Made by a program: the position numbers and the translations under genes
Notes under the pieces: model-generated
What the model was told of the DNA's origin: nothing
What the model saw: the letters and a program-made list of their open reading frames with translations, nothing else
Databases searched by the model: none
Shown here: in pieces, positions 25,042-36,087 of the stretch
How the letters are laid out: each line of letters starts with the position of its first letter
Position numbering within the stretch: the stretch's first letter is position 1
From: Malacoraja senta
Taxonomy: Eukaryota
Assembly: GCA_038087875.1 (NCBI GenBank)
Contig: CM075988.1
Span: 2,542,001-2,606,000, forward strand
Direction of reading: 5' to 3'
DNA: 64,000 nt

Positions 25042-25457
25042 GACACAAAATGCTGGAGTAACTCAACGGGTGAGGCAACATCTCTGGAGAGAAGGAATGG
25101 GCGACATTTTGGATCGAGACCCTTCTTCAGACTGATATCGGGGAGGGGGCGGGACAAAAGAATGTAGGCGGAGACAGTAAGACTAGTGGAGGAACTGGGA
25201 TGGGAAAGGGGATGGAGAGAGAAAGCAAGGGCTCTGTGAAGTTAGAGAAGTCAATGTTCATACTGCTGGGGTATAAACTACCCAAGCGAAATATGAGGTG
25301 CTGTTCCTCAAATTTGCGCTGGGCCTCACTAACAATGGAGGAGGCCCAGGACAGAAAGGTCAGATTGGGAATGGGAGGGCGAATTGAAGTGCTGAGCAAC
25401 CGGGAGATCAGGTAGGTTAAAGCGGACTGAGCAGAGGTGTTCAGTGAAGCGATCGCT
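25042..25457 (-). mobile_element. Penelope-like element 3' fragment with degenerate hammerhead pLTR
   Basis: ORF 25127..25399 carries [24 protein letters not shown] (PLE endonuclease C-terminus); core at 25103-25130. Confidence 0.85.
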
Positions 25458-25847
25458 TACTCTGCCATTCAATCATGGCTGATCGATCTTTCCCTCTTAA
25501 CCCCATTCTCCTGCCTTCTTCCCATAACCCCTGACACCCGCACTAATCAAGAATCTTTCTATCTCTGGCATAAAAATATCCATTGACGGCCTCCACAGCC
25601 TTCTGTGGCAAAGAATTCCACAGATTCACCACCCTCTGACTAACAGAATTCCTCCATCTCCTTCCCGAAGGAATGTCCTTTAATTCTGAGGCTATGTCCT
25701 CTGGTCCTGGACTCTCCCACTAGTGGAAACATCCTCTGCACATCCAGTGTATCCAAGCCTTTCACTATCCAGGAGCACACAGTGAACACCCACAGAGTCA
25801 GAAGAGAACATGCAAAGTTCACAGGGACAAGGATCAAACCTGGGTCA

Positions 25848-26528
25848 ATAGACAATAGGTGCAGGAGTAGGCCATTTGGCCCTTCAAGACAGCACCGCCA
25901 TTTATTGTGATCATGGCTGATCATACCCAATCAGTACCCCGTTCCTGCCTTCTCCCCATATCCCCTGACTCCACTATCTTTAAGAGCCTTATCTAGCTCT
26001 CTCTTGAAAGTATCCAGAGAACCGGCCTCCACCGCCCTCTGAGGCAGAGAATTCCACAGACTCACAACTCTCTGTGAGAAAAAGTGTTTCCTCGACTCCG
26101 TTCTAAATGGCTTACCCCTTATTCTTAAACGGTGGCCCCTAGTTCTGGACTCCCCCCAACATCAGGAACCTGTTTCCTGCCTCCAGCGTGTCCAAGCCCT
26201 TAATAATCTTATATGTTTCAATAAGATCCCTCCTTCTCCTTCTAAACTCCAGAGTGTACAAGCCCAGCTGCTCCATTCTCTCAGCATATGACAGTCCCGC
26301 CATCCCGGAAATTAACCCTGTAAACTTACGCTGCACTCCCTCAATAGCAAGAATGTCCTTCCTCAAATTAGGGGACCAAAACTGCACACATTACTCCAGG
26401 TGTGGTCTCACAAGGGCCCTATACAACTTCAGAAGGACCTCTTTGCTCCTATACTCAACTCCTCTTGTTATAAAGGCCAACATGCCATTCGCTTTCTTCA
26501 CTGCCTGCTGTACCTGCATGCTTACTTT
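25848..26528 (-). mobile_element. CR1 LINE 3' fragment
   Basis: ORF 26139..26387 ([19 protein letters not shown]); tail near 25848. Another CR1 3' piece lies at ~25458-25770. Confidence 0.92.
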
Positions 26529-26788
26529 CCCTTCCCAGTTCTCTCACTAGTCTTACTGTAGCTGGAGATCTGAGGCGGTACCAACTCCAAAGGTCATTGA
26601 CCTCAAATCTAAACTGTTTATTTCCATAGACCTGCTAGGCATTCCCTAACTTGTTTTAATTTTTCACCCTCTGCAATGTTTTTGCTTCTTATGTTCTAAA
26701 GCATGTTATTTTCACTCAACTTGCATACTTGTTTCAAATACAGAGCAGCCAAGTATTTAACGCCGAGTCCTTTACCATCGATATCCAG

Positions 26789-26934
26789 GAAGAGGACAAC
26801 CAACAAATCAAAGAAGTCACCTGTTGGCACTTGGCGCTCTTTCTTCAACCTCGGCAAGTCCTCTTCTGTGGTCAAACGGAAGCTGCACCGCAACCCCAGC
26901 GAGCCGACAGAGATGAAGTCCATGGTGTTGGCAG
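26789..26934 (+). CDS. ARHGAP32: ARHGAP32 coding exon (RKRTTNKSKKSPVGTWRSFFNLGKSSSVVKRKLHRNPSEPTEMKSMVLA)
   Basis: Acceptor gatatccag|G (an in-frame alternative would start at 26744), donor GCAG|gtgtgt; phase 2-1. Contains KKSPVG.WRSFFNLGKSSS. Confidence 0.9.
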
Positions 26935-27037
26935 GTGTGTGATGACCAGGGGGAGCAGCACTCTTCCCCTTGCACTCTTCAGCAAGTAAAGTGACAATTT
27001 GCTTAGTTTAGCATCATTTAGAGATGCAGCATGGAGA

Positions 27038-27345
27038 GGGCGGCGTACTGGTAGAGTTGCTGCCTACAGCGCCAGAGACCCGACGTCGATCCTGACAACG
27101 GGTGCTTGTCTGTGCCGAGTTTCTATGTTCTCCCTGTGACCTGCGTGGGCTTTCTCCAAGATCTTCGGTTTCCTCCTACATGGCATAGACGTAAAGGTTT
27201 GTAGGTTAATTGGCCTGGTATAAATGAAAATTGTCCCTCATGTGCAGGATATTGTTAATGTGCGGGGATCACTGGTCGGTGCAAACTCATGGGGCCGAAG
27301 GGCCTGTTTCCGCGCTCTATCCCTAAACTAAAAAACAAAACTAAA
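27038..27345 (+). mobile_element. tRNA-derived SINE (V-SINE/HE1-like)
   Basis: tRNA-like head, central GGTTTCCTCC(C)ACA domain, LINE-like tail GGGCCGAAGGGCCTGTTTCC, (CTAAA)n end. Confidence 0.88.
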
Positions 27346-27563
27346 CAGGCTGTGCCACTGTGCTAACCATTTGTTGTGGACAAGAAAACACAGAGTTGGT
27401 GAAGGTCATTTTTTTTTTAGTTTAAAAGCTTCAGCAATATGTGAATCAACGGGAAACTGCAGAAAGATGGCGTAATCTAATCTTTTCTGTTGGAGGTATA
27501 AAATTGTAGATTTAGCAGCTGTTTGTGATTGCGATTTCATCCTGTTTGATTGTGTTTTATCAG

Positions 27564-27644
27564 CAAAGGGTGATTCAGGAACACTTCGCTCTGCAAAAAG
27601 TGAAGAGTCTCTTTCATCTCTGCACACTCTGCACAATGTGGAAG
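27564..27644 (+). CDS. ARHGAP32: ARHGAP32 coding exon (AKGDSGTLRSAKSEESLSSLHTLHNVE)
   Basis: Acceptor gttttatcag|CA, donor GAAG|gtaagt; 81 nt, phase 1-1. Contains the conserved TLRSAKSEESL motif. Confidence 0.93.
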
Positions 27645-28494
27645 GTAAGTACAGAGCAAACTGCTGATTAAGTACGCATTTTACTGCATGATTGCTGCCA
27701 TTTCTGCTGTTTCAACTGGAAGCATGTTCTTATAAGTGTAGTATATTTTTAGTGTATAAATGTATACATTGTACTGGTGCTGCCAACAGTTCAGATTTTA
27801 GGTCCGATGATTTTTGTATATTATTTAGCTATTGAACGTCATTACTTTAAAATGGCTTCGTAAAAAAAAATTAATTAGTGCAGATATTTTTCGATTGTCA
27901 TACACATTGATTACAAACCAAATAATCTTGGGAGACAAAGTTGTTTCTAAACTAATTGATCCAAAGATTATTGTACCAAAGATTGTGTTGTCTAGATTCA
28001 AACCATCCATCTGTGGGAACAAATGGATTTAAAGCATTTAACATGTTATAGCGAGCCACGTGTTGTGTTTCAAAAGTGATCTTTATTATGACTATATACA
28101 AGGGCACGCCCCTCAACCACGTGACGACTTCTTCCCTCCAAACACAGTCACGTGACCCTACCAGTCCTAGTGCTGAGGGTTCGCTCAGTAAGTGGTATAA
28201 CCACCAGGTGGCGCCACAATGTAACTTCTTAACATGCATCTGGATAAGGTCCCAGAAGATTGGAAAATGTTGTTCCTTTAAGTAGTGTTTAAGAAAGGAA
28301 GTGGAAGAAGCAGATGAGATAGGAACCTTTAAGAGGCATTTAGAAATATGCATGCAAAGGCAGGGAATATCATGAACCAGAGCATGCGCAGGCAGGTAGG
28401 ATTAGTTAGATTGGCATTGTGGTCACCGCGGACACAATGGCCGAAGGACCTGTTCCGGAATGGCACCATTCGATGGGGCAACTCAGGTTTTCCT

Positions 28495-28786
28495 TCAGTT
28501 TAGTTTAGAGATACAGCACGGAAACAGGCCCTTCGGCCTACCGAGTCTGCACCGACCAGTGATCCCCGCACACTAACACTATTCTACACACAATTGGGAC
28601 AATTTATAATTAAACCAAGCCATTTACTCTACAAACCTGTACTTCTTTGGAGTGTGGGAGGAACCAGATATCCTGGACCACGCAGGTCACGGTGAGAACG
28701 CAGAAACTCTATACAGACAGCACCCGTAATCAGGATCGAAGCCGGGTATCTGGCGCTGTAAGGCAGCAACTCTACCACTGTGCTGC
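28495..28786 (-). mobile_element. tRNA-derived SINE (same family)
   Basis: Reverse complement of the same family sequence. Confidence 0.88.
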
Positions 28787-31213
28787 TCAATATTCCTATA
28801 TATTATTACTTTGACAATTCATTTCCTTTGTGAAATATTAATGATTGATTGTGGAAAATGCTTTATTTATAGACAACAGACAATAGGTGCAGGAGTAGGC
28901 CATTCGGTCCTTCGAGCCAGCACCGCCATTCACTGTGATCATGGCTGATCATCCACAATCAGTGCCCCGTTCCTGCCTTCTCTCCATATCCCTTGACTCC
29001 GCTATCTTTAAGAGCTCTATCTTACTCTCTTTTAAAAGCATCCAGAGAATCGGCCTCCACTGCCTTCTGAGTCAGAGAATTCTGTTGATCTGCACCCAAT
29101 GGGACAGACTTAGCTTTCAGCGGAGATTTTCTTTTAAACTGAGCTTGTATCCTGAGGCTACAGTGTTCACCCAGCAGTTAAACCACCTCCTCTGTGTGTC
29201 TCTGCCACTACATTTTACAGTTAAACAGTCTTGATTTAAATACTTCCCGTTTCCATGATAGGTGCAGTGTCAGGTCAGCTGGCTGCTTGTGAAGCAACTG
29301 ATTAAAAAAAAGCAGATTTTCATTATTGCGGTGTTTCAACCAATTGGTTACAGGATTTTTAATAGCAATATCCTACATGTTTTAGTGCAAAGGAGTCTGG
29401 TTTAGCTTAATTGGGTTAAAATGATTGAGGTTACACAGGCTAGAAAAGGCTATTTAAGATCTGAGTATAATACCAGACGTTGACAGGGTTGTATTGTGCA
29501 GGTGGTTAACAATGATGAGTTGTGCTCATTGTTTGATGAACAAAGTCTCAGTTGATGCCACTGGTGTACTTCTGTAACTCAGAAACTCCAAAGTGTTCTT
29601 GCTCAACAAGAAAATGACCACTTTAAATTTTGCATTCATCTCCATGGCTTTTTGCCTTTGATTAGTACGGGTGTCAGGGGTTATGGGGATGAGGCAGGAT
29701 GATGGGGTTGAGAGGGAGATAGATCACCATGATTGAATGGTGGAGCAGACTTGATGGGTGGAATGGTCTAATTCTGCACGTATCACATGAACATCAACTT
29801 TGTGTGAACAGCCCTTCCATGCCTTTCCCCTGAATGGTCAGTGTCAGAATTAAGATTATATTCCTTTGTCCTGGACTCATCTAACCCTGGAAATAGAATC
29901 CTTAATTTTCTGAACTCAAGGAGATATAACTTATCCAGGAAATCTCTCTTCTTAATTAACCCAATTAGCTCTGGAATCTCCAAATCAAATCACCAATTAA
30001 CTTGGTGAATCTCCAGCGTCAGAATATGTGTTGCCTCGAACACAACGCTGTACTTCAACTAAAATAGAAAAGGTTGCAAACGTATATCTGTGGAAAGAGA
30101 AACATGGTTCATTTTACAGATCAAATACCTTTCATCGGTACTGTGGATGTCTGGCAAGAATTCAGCTTTTCATCATGTCATGTATGTTCTGGCCTCGTGG
30201 ATTTTTTAAATGATTTTTTATGATGAGCTCTTTGTCGTTGTACGCATTGGTTTATTATTGGGTTCAGTGGGGCTGAGAGTTCAGTAGGTTTGTGTGCAGC
30301 TACCTGCAGGGGAGACACCGAACCTTCCAAGGTCCCAGTCTCCCACATAACCCTGAGCTAGTAAAACATTCTGACAGTGGTTCATAACTTTTAAGTAGAG
30401 TAGTCAAGATTTACACACCAAGTCATTTCCAAGAGCAACATGTGAAAAGTTTGTTTTATTTTAACCATATGACCAGATGCTCTTGATTTTAGTTGTAGAT
30501 TTGTATAGCACAGAACTGGGATCTCCAGCCCTCCCTGTTCTTTTTTTACCCATCTACACATTATTTCATGGCTAAAGATACATATCCCAGAGTCGCTGCT
30601 CCCACTCGCTGGTTGACTCAAGGGTCTTTCACTGCCCCATGGTCACATCTTCCCTGCTCTGCTGTCCCTGTTCTTCACTGCCCCCATACTTATATCACTA
30701 TATCACTCCTGTGCTCAGTGCTACAGTATCCCATTGTGGGACAGCACAGAACAATGCCTACGGGACACTTGGATGGGCGAGGATCTGGATCTGGCTTCAA
30801 GTCAATAAATAGGACCAGGATCAGTTCATCGCTGGTCCCATACCTACTTGGTTTGGCCTCCGATGGCCCTGAAAGATCACCAAGGGTCCCAGGCCCAGCA
30901 GCAGGTGGGTGCTGGCGACTGGACAGACAGCAGGGAGAGTCACATTTGTGTTCAGCTCCTCCTAGTTACTGCATATTTTCCCCAACGTGGAGAGGGGTAG
31001 ATGGAACAGTCCTGAAGATTCACTGATGGGGTGATTGTCCGGTTGCATACCAAATGTGGACGTGTTTGCAGATACGGCAAGTGTTATGTCACAAAAAATA
31101 CCAGGGATTTAAGAAAAATACTATGGATTTAAAATTTACATTAGAACTCATTTCATTGATGCTTGTGTATTCATAAGTGTGTGGTAATTAATGTGCCGTT
31201 TGTTACTCCTCAG

Positions 31214-32320
31214 GAGAATCCAAGATGTACAGACCGAGGAGGCCTCGGTCCAGCAGCGATGCCTTGTCCGTTACCTTCAACGTTGGTGGCCTTTCCGGCC
31301 TAAACCACTGCAATTCCTACGACAACCTTCCCAGCAACGATAGTGAAGGAGAAGATGCCATGCTCCAAGTGCCTGCACTGGTGTCTCCTAGAATGGACGA
31401 AGTAGAACTGAGCCCACCAGATATGGGAGCGGCAGGGTTGGACTTTGACCCAATGTCCTTTCAGTGTAGTCCACCACGGGCACTACTGGAACTGGACAAC
31501 AACTCGCCTCGGGTGGATTCCCCGCACACTGGTAAAGGCAAGCTGAATGGCAGTTCGAGGGAGTCAGTCTTTGGCAGTGTGTGTTTGACACCTGGTAGTG
31601 CCACTAGTTCTGAACCAGCCTCTCACTCCCCAGATAAAGTACTCAGCCCATTCTTCTCGCCAGATCTGAGCCCCACTGATGAAAAACTGGCCAAACCACC
31701 TTCTTTTGCAGAAAAGGTGGTTCACGCCTTCTCCCCGAAAATAGGACGCAAGACCCCCAAGTTTCCCATGTTGACTATTTCTGATCCCATCGCCATCTCT
31801 GTTCCGATACGGGTTTCTGAAATGATTGGCAACATGGCTGCTGTCTCCCTAGCCTCGTCTCCGCCTTGCACCAGCCCAGCGGCCAACAGCAACGTCAACA
31901 AGTCGCCTCCGCAGATGATGTCCATGTTACTGAAGACCAGTGACATGCAACTGCCTGAGGTTTGTCGTCTGGAGATCCACAGCAAGCTCTCTGCTGCTGC
32001 AGCAGGCTCAGAGACTAAAGGGCAAAGTCCAGACTGGCACGATCAGACTTGCTACCCCAAGCCTGCGCCAGCTCCATACTTCCAAACAGGTACAAAATGG
32101 CAAAGTGCAGACCAGCACGAGCTGACCAGTCAGAACAAAACTAAACCACTTCCTCAGTCGCAAGCAGGGACTAAAGGACAAAGTTCCGATTGGCATGATT
32201 CCAGCAATCAACCCAAGACTGCACCATCGGTCCAGTCACAAATGGAGGCAAAAGCACCAAGCCCAGAATGGCATGAATTGACCAATCGGAACAAGACCAC
32301 ACCATCTACCCAGCCACATG
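31214..32320 (+). CDS. ARHGAP32: ARHGAP32 large coding exon (GESKMYRPRRPRSSSDAL...LDFDPMSFQCSPP...KVVHAFSPKIGRK...), ending in a 4 x 26-aa repeat
   Basis: Acceptor tactcctcag|GA, donor CATG|gtaagt; 1107 nt, phase 1-1; ORF track 31225..32331. Motifs RPRRPRSSSDALS, CNSYDNLP and DFDPMSFQCSPP are characteristic of ARHGAP32. Confidence 0.95.
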
Positions 32321-32351
32321 GTAAGTGTTGATTGAGAATATATATACTTTA

Positions 32352-32594
32352 TACCGCCAAAGACTCAGGTTCGATCCTGACTACGGGTGCTTGTCTGTAC
32401 GTTCTCCCCGTGACCTGCGTGGGATTCCACCTGGATCTCCGGTTTCCTACTACGCTCCAAAGTTTGAAAGCTAATTGGCTTGGTATAATTGTAAATTGCC
32501 CCTACAGTGTGTAGGATAGTGTTAGTGTGCAGTGATCGCTGGTCAGCATGGACTCGGTGGGTCAAAGGGCCTGATTCCGTGTTGCATCTCTAAA
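32352..32594 (+). mobile_element. tRNA-derived SINE (5'-clipped)
   Basis: B box GGTTCGATCC, central domain and tail present. Confidence 0.88.
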
Positions 32595-32639
32595 CCGTGC
32601 ATAGCTCTGGGATACAGGAGTCATGATACCAAGTCTTAC

Positions 32640-32760
32640 GGTAGACAAAAGTGCTGGAGAAACTCAGCGGGTGCAGCAGCATCTATGGAGCGAAGGAAAT
32701 AGGCAACGTTTTGGGCCGAAACCCTTCTTCGATTTTCCAGCATCTGCAGTTCCTTTTTAA
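32640..32760. mobile_element. Mini Penelope-pLTR/hammerhead insert with internal inversion and 14-bp TSD
   Basis: TSD ATACCAAGTCTTAC at 32626-32639 and 32761-32774; a minus-strand hammerhead unit is followed by a plus-strand tail segment. Confidence 0.88.
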
Positions 32761-32804
32761 ATACCAAGTCTTACATTGTGCATGTGGGCTGTATTTGGTC
32801 TTTT

Positions 32805-33114
32805 TAGTTTAGTTTAGAGATACAGCGTGAAACAGGCCCTTCGGCCCACCGAGTCTGCACTGAACAGCAATCCTCGCACATTAACACTACTCTCTACACA
32901 ATAGAGACAATTTCCTTTACATTGATACCAAACCAATTAACCTACAAACCTGGGAATCTTTGGAGTGGGCGAGGAAACTGAAGATCCCGGAGAAAATCCC
33001 CGCAGGTCACGGGGATACGTATAAACACCATACAGACAGCACCCGTAGTCAGGATCGAACCCGGGTCTTTGGCGCTGTGAGGCAGCAACTCCACTTCTGC
33101 GCCAATGTGCCACC
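32805..33114 (-). mobile_element. tRNA-derived SINE
   Basis: Full-length reverse-complement copy. Confidence 0.88.
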
Positions 33115-33289
33115 CTGTGAGTGTTGGGGGAACTCAATTTTTAGTCAGCACATGATTAGTATCTGTCACTCGTTGCTGCAGTCCTCACTGGAACTGATTT
33201 GTGCCATAATACTCTTCCAGAGTAATAGCAGCTTCAAGGTATTGTATCATGATTCTCCTGGAGAGTGAACATTGAGGAATTGTACGTTC

Positions 33290-34461
33290 TTTTGATAAGG
33301 TCCCACATACGAGAATAGTGGGCAAAATTGGGGCACGTGGCATTGGGGGTAGGGTGCTGACATGGATAGAAAATTGGTTGGCAGACAGGAAACAAAGGGT
33401 AGGGATTAATGGGTCCCTTTCAGAATGGCAGGCAGTAATTAGTGGGGTACCGCAAGGCTCGGTGCTGGGACCGCAGCTATTTACGATATACATTAATGAT
33501 TTGGATGAAGGCATTAAAAGTAACATTAGCAAATTTGCAAGTGACACAAAACTGGGTGGCAGTGTGAACTGAGGAGGATGCTCTGAGGATGCAGGGTGAC
33601 TTGGACAGGTTGGGTGAGTGGGCAGATGCATGGCAGATGCAGTTTAATGTGGATAAATGTGAGGTTATCCACTTTGATGGCAAAAACAGGAAGGCAGATT
33701 ATTATCTAAATGGTGTCAAGTTGGGAAAAGGGGAAGTACAACGGGATCTGGGCGTCCTTGTTCATCAGTCACTGAAAGTAAGCATGCAGGTACAGCAGGC
33801 AGTGAAGAAACCGAATGGAATGTTGGCCTTCATAACAAGAGAAGGAGTATAGGAGCAAAGAGGTCCTTCTGCAGTTGTACAGGGCCCTAGTGAGACCACA
33901 CCTGGAGTATTGTGTGCAGTTTTGGTCTCCAAATTGAGGAAGGACATTCTTGCTATTGAGGGAGTGCAGCGTAGGTTCATGAGGTTAATTCCCGGGATGG
34001 CGGGGCTGTCATATGTTGATAGATTGGAGCGGCTGGGCTTGTATACTCTTAGAAGAATGAGAGGGGATCTTATTGAAACATATAAGATTATTAAGGATTT
34101 GGACATGGTAGCTAGAGGCAGGAAACATGTTCCCGATGTTGGGGGAGTCCAAAACCAGGGGCCATAGTTTAAGAATAAGTGGTAAGCCATTTAGAATGGA
34201 GATGAGGAAAAACTTTTTCACACAGAGAGTTGTGAGTGTGTGGAATTCTCTGCCTCAGAGGGAGGTGGAGGCTGGTTCTCTGGATGCTTTCAAGAGAGAG
34301 TTAGATAGAGCTCTTAGGGATAGTGGAGTTAAGGGATATGGAAAGAAGGCAGGAACGGGGTACTGATTGTGGATGATCAGCCATGATCACATTGAATGGT
34401 GGTGCTGGCTCGAAGGGCCAAATGGCCTATTCCTGCACCTATTGTCTATTGTCTATTGTCT
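33290..34461 (+). mobile_element. CR1 LINE, 5'-truncated
   Basis: ORFs 33318..33572, 33589..33852, 33910..34167 and 34127..34366; (TATTGTC)n tail. Confidence 0.94.
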
Positions 34462-35188
34462 AATTGGGAGTGGGTACTGAGTGAGATCACAGTGTCACAT
34501 CAGCCCTGGGGAGAGATTGCTGACAGAGTGTTGCACTTAATGCTGAAGAGATCTATTGTGGCACCATGACATTCTCTCTCTCACGGCAGTGGGGAATGCA
34601 CTTTGTGCCATTCAAGTCCCAAAGGATGGAATTAGGATGGAAGATGGTGGTGCTGGTGGAATGTTGCACTCAGACCTGATGTGACGGGGTTGCTATGCTG
34701 ACTTGGTTTCAGTTAGTTTAGACTTGAGGATGTGATGTGATGTTGCATACTCTGCAGAGTGGGACCAGCACAGAGCTGCTCTGTCCCAGGAGAGCAGTAG
34801 TTATGCAGTGTTGCACTCTGATGTGGGAATGGAGGTGGGATTGGCATAGTGTCATTCTCTAGTCCAGCAGGCTTTGAGTTCCACACGGACTGCCTGCTTA
34901 TCTGTGTTACTCATTGTGTACGTGTGTGTGAGCCAAGTATTCCGACTTTCCATTGGCTGCACAAAGACTGTACATGAATTTGATCCTGATCTTCACCAGC
35001 TTTAGTACACATACACAAATAATTTCACTATACAGCTGTCACGGGCGGGAACATTGGCTGATTCCACCCTTACCACCAATTAATAGCCAAGTCCTGCTCT
35101 TTGTTGGTTAACCCAGCTCAAACCAATATTTATGCTATGATTATTTAATCAGACCACTTAACTCACATTTCAGTCCCAGAAAGAATAG

Positions 35189-35499
35189 TGGCATGGTGAC
35201 ACAGCGGTAAAGTTGCTGTCTTACAGCGAATGCAGCGCCGGAGACCCGGGTGCGATCCTGACTACGGGTGCTGTCTGTACGGAGTTTGTACTTTCTCCCT
35301 GTGACCTGCATGGTTTTCTCCGGGATCTTCAGTTTCCTCCCACACTAAAAAGATGTGCAAGTTTGTTGGTTAATTGGCTTGGTAAATGTAAAATTTGTCC
35401 GTAGAGGGTGTAGGATAGTGTTAATATGCGGAGATCACTGGTCGGCGCTGACCCAGTGGGCCGAAAGTTCTGTTTCCACGCTGTATATCTAAACTAAAC
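35189..35499 (+). mobile_element. tRNA-derived SINE
   Basis: Head, central domain and tail as in the other copies. Confidence 0.88.
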
Positions 35500-36087
35500 A
35501 GTGCAAAAAATCATAGCATCCTTTCATCTGTTGGAGAGGCATATTTTACTGAAAGTGCCAAATTTTCAAGAAGTTGTTTGCTGACAACCCAAAAATTAGT
35601 TCAGTAGTAGACAGTGAAGGTGGTTGTAACGGAATATAGAAGGAAATATACCATATGGAATGTTATGTGGATCAGTGGCAGATGGAAATTAATTCACAGA
35701 AGTGTAAGGTAATGGATTTTAGGATGTGAAATTCTAATGGGACATTTACGTAAATGTCAGGTACCTCAGAAGCGTTGATGTGCTGAGGAACCTTGGGGTG
35801 CAGGTTTGTAGTTTCCTGAAAGTAGTAGAACAGGTGGATAGAATAGTGAAGAAAGCATCCAGCAATGTGCCGCGTTAGGCCGAGGCATAGTGAAAGAATC
35901 AGATGTTGTGTTGCAGCTGTGCAAAACAGTAGTCAGGCTACACTTGGGGTATTGTGTACAGTTTTGGTCACCACACTACATGGTAGCATTGGAATAGATT
36001 CACCAGAACACTTACTGGGGGGGCTTTACTTATCAGGAGAGATTGGATAAGCTGGGATTTTGCTTGCGGATTGAAAAGTGACCTTAT

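Noticed and set aside
30568..31026. 152-aa + strand ORF upstream of the large exon
   Set aside because: No similarity to ARHGAP32 or any domain I recognise, and not needed for phase continuity.
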